Program-made: the position numbers and the translations under genes
Source of the DNA: Nitrospirota bacterium
Lineage (GTDB): Bacteria > Nitrospirota > JACRHJ01
Reading direction: 5' to 3'
Length of the DNA: 64,000 nucleotides
Assembly (NCBI GenBank): GCA_027328825.1
Contig: DAHWTK010000001.1
Span: 16,703 to 80,702 of the forward strand
Notes under the pieces: model-generated
What the model saw: only the letters and a program-made list of their open reading frames with translations
What the model was told of the DNA's origin: nothing
The model's database searches: none
Part shown: positions 57,658 to 64,000 of the stretch, in pieces
How positions within the stretch are numbered: the stretch's first letter is position 1
Layout of the letters: each line of letters begins with the position of its first letter

Positions 57658-57815
57658 GAACTGACTATGGTTGAATAAAGACTCACGACCCCGCCGCCGA
57701 AGGTTGTAAAAACGCCGACCGCCGCCGCGGCCACAAGGAGCAGAATGACGGCGTATTCCACGAGGCCCTGGCCTTTTTCGTTTTTAACGGGTTTTAAAAA
57801 CCGCATCGGCGTCAT
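57648..57815 (-). CDS. flp: Flp-family type IVb pilin (second copy; below the ORF-track size cutoff)
   Basis: hand-translated minus strand: MTPMRFLKPVKNEKGQGLVEYAVILLLVAAAAVGVFTTFGGGVVSLYSTIVSSWP (55 aa); GAGGGG RBS; same E-K-G-Q-G-L-V-E-Y-A motif as the upstream flp. Confidence 0.6.
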   Translation of the reverse strand: MTPMRFLKPVKNEKGQGLVEYAVILLLVAAAAVGVFTTFGGGVVSLYSTIVSSWP

Positions 57816-57838
57816 GTCGTCCCCTCGTCCATAAATAT

Positions 57839-57870
57839 CCGCCGGGACCCCCTAAAGAAGGTCCCGGCGG
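57839..57870 (-). other. 11-bp stem hairpin CCGCCGGGACC-loop-GGTCCCGGCGG directly downstream of the first flp gene (attenuator/terminator candidate)
   Basis: read directly; no T-run on the minus strand, so more likely an mRNA-stabilising or attenuating stem than a full terminator. Confidence 0.45.
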
Positions 57871-57881
57871 AACTTCGGTTG

Positions 57882-58073
57882 TTATAACGAGTTGGTGATG
57901 GTGGTGAAGACGCCGGATACCGTCGTGCCTAGGACTCCCAAGGTGACGATTGCCGCTATCGAGACGAGGAAGATAATGAGGGCGTATTCCACAAGGCCCT
58001 GCCCTTTTTCGTTTTCGAGCGGACGCCTGAGACCGTTGAGGTATGCAGACAACATGAGTATCATGTCCTTCAT
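57882..58073 (-). CDS. flp: Flp-family type IVb pilin
   Basis: 63 aa; ...LENEKGQGLVEYALIIFLVSIAAIVTLG... Flp motif with hydrophobic stretch. Confidence 0.75.
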   Translation of the reverse strand: MKDMILMLSAYLNGLRRPLENEKGQGLVEYALIIFLVSIAAIVTLGVLGTTVSGVFTTITNSL

Positions 58074-58220
58074 TGTTTTTCTCCTTTTCAGAAAAATGTT
58101 TCGGTTAGAATTATTTGGAGTAGATAACTTTAAGAAAGGAAGACTAAAAATGGTTCTGATTCAAGCGGTTCCGGTTCGAGTCGTCCCGACCTGCTTATGT
58201 CTTGCGTTATATTGATTTAT

Positions 58221-58249
58221 ATAATAACTACTCATTAAGAGTTTGTCAA
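58221..58249 (-). promoter_or_regulatory. candidate sigma-70 promoter for flp operon (TTGACA-N17-TATTAT on minus strand)
   Basis: minus strand gatTTGACAaactcttaatgagtagtTATTATata; would give a roughly 140-nt leader. Confidence 0.35.
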
Positions 58250-58335
58250 ATCTGCTGTAATAACCATACTTATTTTAATGTGAATGCAATTTGACGAAAA
58301 TAATCAATTTTGATATTTTCTAATTGGAGGTGCTT

Positions 58336-59613
58336 ATGGGTATGAAATTCGGTGAAAAAAACATACGGGCCCTGCCCCCTCCGCCGTCTTCCGCCGAGGC
58401 CACGGGTCTGAACCGCGAATTCCTGACAGAGCTTGCGCTAAAACAGGTGTTCTATCTCGGGACCTTCACAATCCCGGAGCTTTCCGAGAGGATGAAGCTG
58501 CCGCATAATATAATAACGGGCATAGTGCAGGATATGCGGCAGGGCAAGTTCTGCGAGGTAAAAGGCGGCTCGTCGTATCAGAGCGTCACGTATTCTTTCT
58601 CCGTTACCGCCGAGGGCCGCAACAGGGCTGCCGAGCTCCTGGAAAAAAGCTCCTATGTCGGCCCTGCGCCCGTTACGCTTCAGGAATACCGGCAGATGGC
58701 CGAGCGAAATTCCATCCGGAACGTATCCTTAAGCGAGCCGGACATGCGGATGGCCTTCGCGCCGTATGTCATTCCGGAACACCTGCTGGGCCAGTTCGGA
58801 GCGGCGGTTAATTCCGGGAAATCTATATTTATTTACGGCCCTGCGGGGAACGGCAAGACGGTATTCGCCGAGGCCCTGGGACGGGTGATGAAGGAGGCCG
58901 TGTGCATACCCCATGCCGTGGCCGTCGAACGGGAGATAATAAGAGTGTTCGACCCGGTGAACCACTCGACTGCGCCGGACGCGGGCGAGTGCGGCGGTTG
59001 CGACCAGCGCTGGGTCCTTTGCAGAAGGCCTCTCGTAGTCGCGGGCGGAGAACTTACCCTGAAGATGCTCGATCTCGATTTCAACCCCGTACACAAGTTC
59101 TACGAGGCGCCGCTCCAGATGAAGGCCAACGGCGGCGTGTTCGTAATCGACGACTTCGGGCGTCAGACGATAAGGCCCCGGGACCTGCTTAACCGCTGGA
59201 TAGTCCCGCTCGAAAGGAGAAGCGATTTCCTTACACTGCACACCGGCAAGAAATTCGAGATACCATTCGACGAGCTCGTAATATTCGCAACGAACCTCGA
59301 ACCCGGGGACCTCATGGACGAGGCCTTCCTCCGGCGCATACATTACAAAATAAAGATAGACCACCCGACGGAGGGGGAGTTCAGGGAGATATTCAGCCGG
59401 GTATGCGCCGCAATGGGCATAGAATGCCCCGAGGAGGCCCTGGACTGGCTCATGTGCGAACGTTACGCCAAGACCAAAACGGCGTTAAACGCCTGCCATC
59501 CGCGCGACATAATCGAACAGATGATGGACATATCGAAGTACCGGAACATAAAGCCGTCAATCACGAAGGACATCCTGGGTGAGGTATGGAATAACTATTT
59601 CATAGAGCGATAA
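58336..59613 (+). CDS. winged-helix + DnaA/IstB-clade AAA+ ATPase, function unknown
   Basis: Walker A SIFIYGPAGNGKT, Walker B VFVIDDFGRQ, C-terminal ...DEAFLRRIHYKIKIDHPT... (DnaA/Hda-like sensor/box VII region), N-terminal roughly 100 aa predicted wHTH; the ORF-track start at 58324 is TTG, while the ATG at 58336 follows a GGAGG RBS. Confidence 0.6.
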   Translation: MGMKFGEKNIRALPPPPSSAEATGLNREFLTELALKQVFYLGTFTIPELSERMKLPHNIITGIVQDMRQGKFCEVKGGSSYQSVTYSFSVTAEGRNRAAELLEKSSYVGPAPVTLQEYRQMAERNSIRNVSLSEPDMRMAFAPYVIPEHLLGQFGAAVNSGKSIFIYGPAGNGKTVFAEALGRVMKEAVCIPHAVAVEREIIRVFDPVNHSTAPDAGECGGCDQRWVLCRRPLVVAGGELTLKMLDLDFNPVHKFYEAPLQMKANGGVFVIDDFGRQTIRPRDLLNRWIVPLERRSDFLTLHTGKKFEIPFDELVIFATNLEPGDLMDEAFLRRIHYKIKIDHPTEGEFREIFSRVCAAMGIECPEEALDWLMCERYAKTKTALNACHPRDIIEQMMDISKYRNIKPSITKDILGEVWNNYFIER

Positions 59614-59804
59614 GGCTGTTGTTTTCCGTTTTCTGGCCTGCCATGGGCGATTAATCCTTTTATCTGTAACCATGCCGCCCTCCGCGCCGTCTATATTTGC
59701 ATCTCAGGGTTTCCTTTTAAAATAACTTAGTAAATTCATGGTTTTTTAGTATAATAAGTGTTTTTAACCGTGAACGGAAAAATCGAGCAGTGAGGTAGAC
59801 TTAC

Positions 59805-60983
59805 ATGTCCGAACAGGAAAAAACAGGCGGAATGGAAGGAACGGGGAATAACAGGCAGGCTTCGCCAAAGCGTAAAATATATTTTCTCATTGCAATAATG
59901 TGTCTGACAGTCGTCGGAACGTATGCCCTGGAGCGCTCCGGGGCCGCAAAAAAAATGCCGAAATCAGCCGCCGGCCCGGCCCCGGTTTCGGTAATTCCCG
60001 CGAAAAAAGGCGATATAAATGTCTATATCACAGGCCTTGGCTCCGTAGTCCCGCTGAATACCGTTACAGTCAGGACCCGCGTGGACGGCCAGCTCATGAG
60101 CGTGAATTACCGCGAGGGCCAGGAGGTGAAAAAGGGGGCGCTTCTGGCGCAGATAGACCCCAGGCCCTTCCAGGTGCAGCTGATCCAGGCCCAGGGCCAG
60201 ATGGCAAAAGACAGGCAGTTCCTCGATAACGCCAGGATAGACCTCAAACGCTACAAGACCCTCTGGTCCCAGAACTCCATCCCGGAACAGCAGCTCGACA
60301 CGCAGGCGGCCCTCGTGCGCCAGTATGAAGGCGTCGTGAAGTCCGACGAGGGCGCCATAGACAGCGCAAAACTCCAGCTTGCATATTCCCGAGTAACCGC
60401 GCCTGTCAGCGGACGTGTCGGGCTTCGGCTTATAGACCCCGGCAACATAGTCCACGCGACCGACACGACCGGCCTTGTCGTAATAACGCAGGATCATCCC
60501 ATAACCGTCGTATTCCCGATAGCGGAGGACGACCTGCCCCGGTTGCAGGCGCGTCTCAGGAAAGGCGGACACCCGCTCGTGGACGTTTACGACCGCGCAA
60601 TGCTGCACAAAATCGCCTCCGGACGCATGCTTACGCTCGACAACCAGATAGACCCGTCCACCGGGACGGTAAAGATAAAGGCGATTTTCAGCAACTCCGG
60701 AAACCAGCTCTTCCCAAACCAGTTCGTAAACGCATCCCTGCTCGTCAAGACACTCCGGGGCGTAGTGGTGATACCGACCGTCGCCGTCCAGAGAGGAAGC
60801 CATGGCGCGTATGTCTATATCGTCCGACCCGGGAACATAGCCGCGATGCGGCCTGTCAAAACCGGGGAGACGGAGGACGGCAAAATCGCGGTAATTTCCG
60901 GCATATCGCCCGGCGAGATTGTCGTAACGGACGGCATGGAGAGACTCAAGGACGGAAGCAAAGTTGAGATAATAAAGAAGTAA
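59805..60983 (+). CDS. RND efflux periplasmic adaptor subunit (MdtA/AcrA family)
   Basis: 392 aa; N-terminal membrane anchor, biotinyl/lipoyl-like, beta-barrel and MP domains typical of HlyD-family adaptors. Confidence 0.85.
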   Translation: MSEQEKTGGMEGTGNNRQASPKRKIYFLIAIMCLTVVGTYALERSGAAKKMPKSAAGPAPVSVIPAKKGDINVYITGLGSVVPLNTVTVRTRVDGQLMSVNYREGQEVKKGALLAQIDPRPFQVQLIQAQGQMAKDRQFLDNARIDLKRYKTLWSQNSIPEQQLDTQAALVRQYEGVVKSDEGAIDSAKLQLAYSRVTAPVSGRVGLRLIDPGNIVHATDTTGLVVITQDHPITVVFPIAEDDLPRLQARLRKGGHPLVDVYDRAMLHKIASGRMLTLDNQIDPSTGTVKIKAIFSNSGNQLFPNQFVNASLLVKTLRGVVVIPTVAVQRGSHGAYVYIVRPGNIAAMRPVKTGETEDGKIAVISGISPGEIVVTDGMERLKDGSKVEIIKK

Positions 60984-63900
60984 TGAACATCTCCCGCCCG
61001 TTTATAACCCGTCCGGTCGCAACGACACTCCTGATGATTGCCATCATCCTGGCCGGCGCCGTGGCATACCGCCAGCTCCCGGTCGCCGCCCTGCCGCAGG
61101 TGGAATACCCGACAATCCAGGTGCGGACGTTCTATCCGGGCGCAAGCCCGGACGTCATGGCCTCGTCCGTTACGGCGCCGCTTGAGCGCCAGTTCGGCCA
61201 GATGCCGGGCCTTGCCCAGATGACCTCGGCAAGCTCAGGCGGCAGTTCCATAATCACGCTTCAGTTCGGCCTGGACCTGAGCCTCGACATCGCCGAGCAG
61301 GAGGTGCAGGCGGCAATCAACGCGGCTGGGACCTTCCTGCCCAAAGACCTCCCGAACCCGCCCGTGTACAGCAAGGTCAACCCCGCGGACGCGCCGGTAC
61401 TTACGCTCGGCCTCACTTCGGATTCCATGCCCCTGCCGCAGGTGGAAGACCTGGCCGACACGCGGTTCGCGCAGAAGATTTCCCAGCTTCCGGGCGTGGG
61501 GCTTGTGAGCATCGGCGGGGGCCAGAAGCCCGCGGTGCGCGTGCGCGCGAACCCGACTGTCCTCGCCTCCTACGGCATGACGCTCGAGGATCTGCGCACG
61601 GCAATCGGCGCCGAGAACGTCAACCAGGCGAAGGGCAGCTTCGACGGCCCGCACCAGTCTTACATCATCGGGGCGAACGACCAGCTCCTTTCGAGCAAGG
61701 AATACCGCTCTCTCGTCGTGGCCTATAAAAACGGCGCGCCCGTGAAGCTTTCGGACGTCGCGGAGGTTATGAACGGGGCCGAGAACGTGCAGGAGGCGGC
61801 CTGGATGAACAAGACCCCCGCCGTGATACTCAACATCCAGAGGCAGCCCGGCGCGAACGTAATCGCCGTCGTGGACAGGATAAAACAGCTCCTGCCCCAG
61901 CTTGAAACCTCCCTGCCGCCCTCGATACACGTCACGATACTTACCGACCGCACCACCACCATCCGGGCCTCGGTGCGGGACGTGCAGTACGAGATGCTCC
62001 TCGCCATAGCGCTTGTCGTAATGGTCATATTTCTCTTCCTCCGGAACCTCTACGCGACTGCCATACCGAGCGTCGCAGTCCCTCTGTCCCTTGTCGGGAC
62101 GTTCGGCGTAATGTATCTCATGGGCTTCAGCCTGAACAACCTCTCGCTCATGGCGCTCACAATATCCACGGGTTTTGTCGTGGACGACGCCATAGTCATG
62201 ATAGAGAACATAGCGAGATTCGTCGAACAGGGAGACCCGCCTCTCGAAGCCGCCCTGAAGGGTTCAAAACAGATAGGGTTTACAATCCTCTCCCTGACCG
62301 TCTCACTTATCGCCGTCCTGATACCGCTTCTTTTCATGGGGGACATAGTAGGCCGCCTTTTCAGGGAGTTCGCCCTGACGCTGGGCGTAACGATACTCAT
62401 CTCGGCGGTCGTCTCCCTGACTCTTACGCCGATGATGTGCGCGAGGCTCCTGAAACACACGCCGGAGGAGAAACAGGGGCGATTTTACCACTGGTCTCAG
62501 GGAATGTTCGACAGGATGATAGCGCGCTACGGAAAGGCCCTGCGCTTCGTGCTGAACCACCAGAACACTACGCTGCTCGTCGCCCTGGGCACGCTCGTTC
62601 TGACGGTCCTTCTGTACATGGCCATCCCGAAGGGTTTCTTCCCGATACAGGATACGGGGGTTATACAGGGAATATCGGAGGCGCCGCAGTCCATATCCTT
62701 CCCCGAAATGGCCGTGCGCCAGCAGAAACTGGCGGCTGTAATCCTCAAGGACCCGGCGGTGGAAAGCCTTTCTTCCTTCATCGGCGTGGACGGGACGAAC
62801 ACGACGCTCAACACCGGCCGCATACTTATAAACTTAAAACCGCTCTCAGACCGCGGCATGAGCGCGAGCGCCATTATAAGGCGGCTTAAGCCTAAGCTCG
62901 CAGCCGTCCGGGGCATAAGGCTTTTCATGCAGCCGGTGCAGGATCTGACCGTGGACGTGCGCCAGAGCCGCACGCAGTTCCAGTATACGATGGAAGACCC
63001 GAGCGCCGACGAGCTCGACACCTGGGCGCCCCGCATAATAAAGAAATTTGAAACCCTGCCGGAGCTTGCCGACGTTAGCAGCGACCAGCAGAACAGGGGG
63101 CTTCAGGAAAACCTCGACATAGACAGGAGCACGGCCTCGAGGCTCGGCATCACGCCGCAGACCATAGACGACACGCTCTACGACGCCTTCGGCCAGAGGC
63201 TCATATCCACCATGTTCACGGAGCTGAACCAGTACCGGGTCGTGATGTCCGTAAAGCCGGAGTTCCAGCAGGACCCGCTGGGGCTTAAGTCCATATACCT
63301 CAGGAGCTCCGGCGGCGGAGAAGTCCCGCTCGGCGCGATTACCAGGGCCTCGGAAACGACTGCCCCGCTCGTGATAAACCGCCTGGGGCAGTTCCCGGCG
63401 GTAACGGCTTCATTCAATCTCGCGCCGGGCGCGTCCCTGGGCGGCGCGGTTTCGGCGGTGGAGAAGGCCGTAAAGGGCCTCGGGGTTCCGGCAAGCATAC
63501 AGACGAGCTTCCAGGGCACGGCGCAGGCGTTCATAGCCTCCCTCTCCAACGAACCCCTGCTGATCCTCGCCGCGCTCATTACGGTCTACATAATCCTCGG
63601 CGTCCTCTACGAGAGCTACATCCATCCCGTGACGATACTCTCCACCCTGCCGTCGGCTGGCGTCGGCGCGCTCTTGGCGCTCATGATTTTTCATTCCGAC
63701 TTGAACGTCGTCGCCATAATCGGCATCATACTCCTCATTGGTATCGTGGAGAAGAACGGCATCATGATGGTCGATTTCGCGCTCGACCTCGAGAGAAACG
63801 AAGGCAAAAGCCCGACCGAGGCGATATACCAGGCGTGCCTGCTCCGGTTCCGGCCTATACTCATGACGACCTTTGCGGCGCTACTGGGCGCTCTTCCGCT

Positions 63901-64000
63901 CGCGCTCGGGCGCGGAGTCGGCTCCGAGCTTCGGCGACCGCTCGGCATATCCATAGTCGGCGGCCTGATTGTCAGCCAGGCGCTCACCCTCTTCACTACG
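60984..64000 (+). CDS. RND efflux permease (HAE1 family, MdtB/MdtC/AcrB-like), 3'-truncated by window end
   Basis: hand-translated: [47 protein letters not shown]... continuous to 64000; start ATG overlaps adaptor stop (TAATG); not in ORF track because no stop within window. Confidence 0.9.

Noticed and set aside
58074-58330. Sigma-54 promoter for the flp pilin genes
   Set aside because: Flp genes are often RpoN-dependent, so I searched both strands of the spacer for TGGCA-N6-7-TGC and found none. A TTGACA-N17-TATTAT sigma-70-type element is present instead.

Overview
This 64-kb window is a GC-rich (about 60%) bacterial chromosomal segment with AT-rich intergenic spacers. Its gene content suggests an anaerobe that relies on sigma-54 regulation (AhbD-type radical SAM haem synthase, hybrid-cluster protein, NtrC-type activators, Tad pili); I cannot place the lineage from sequence alone.

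Gene content, left to right:
- A carbohydrate block: a 2-hydroxyacid dehydrogenase, gap and a DUF72 gene on one strand; a conserved hypothetical translationally coupled to treT (trehalose synthase) on the other; then zwf-rpiB-gnd and tal-tkt, with no pgl. The gnd-tal spacer is filled with repeats.
- A haem cluster: a radical-SAM/SPASM AhbD-like gene, hemE and hemH, interrupted by a roughly 38% GC foreign-looking gene that encodes a membrane protein with a zinc ribbon.
- A cluster of REP-like palindromic repeats and a structured 55-nt element.
- crcB, a DUF190 gene and uppP, then a galT-like gene.
- A 14-kb minus-strand chemosensory operon: a GAF/PAS histidine kinase, an NtrC-like sigma-54 activator, a REC protein, cheY, cheA, cheW, an MCP, cheR, a HEAT-repeat protein, a second cheR and cheB. 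It carries two identical sigma-54 promoters (TGGCAT-N5-TTGCT) with palindromic candidate enhancers.
- tRNA-Leu(TAG), tig, clpP, clpX and hcp.
- A complete Pho regulon (phoB, phoR, an OprP-like porin with an 11-bp-periodic Pho box, pstSCAB, phoU).
- A Tad/Flp pilus locus with two tandem flp pilins (one below the ORF-track size cutoff), two TadE-like genes, cpaB, cpaC, a tadG-like gene, cpaE, cpaF, tadB, tadC, a DUF192 gene and a low-complexity membrane protein. No prepilin peptidase is present.
- A winged-helix plus DnaA/IstB-like AAA+ gene transcribed divergently from flp.
- An RND efflux pair (adaptor plus a permease that runs off the window end).

The most interesting observation is a seven-cysteine, roughly 55-aa module (C-W-x4-C-x4/7-C-P-x9-C-W-x6/7-C-x14/15-C-x2-C-x2-Y-K). 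It occurs both at the extreme C-terminus of the MCP and between the GAF and PAS domains of the histidine kinase of the same sigma-54-wired locus. I do not recognise it as a named domain. It is a candidate shared cytoplasmic metal- or redox-sensing input for chemotaxis and transcription.
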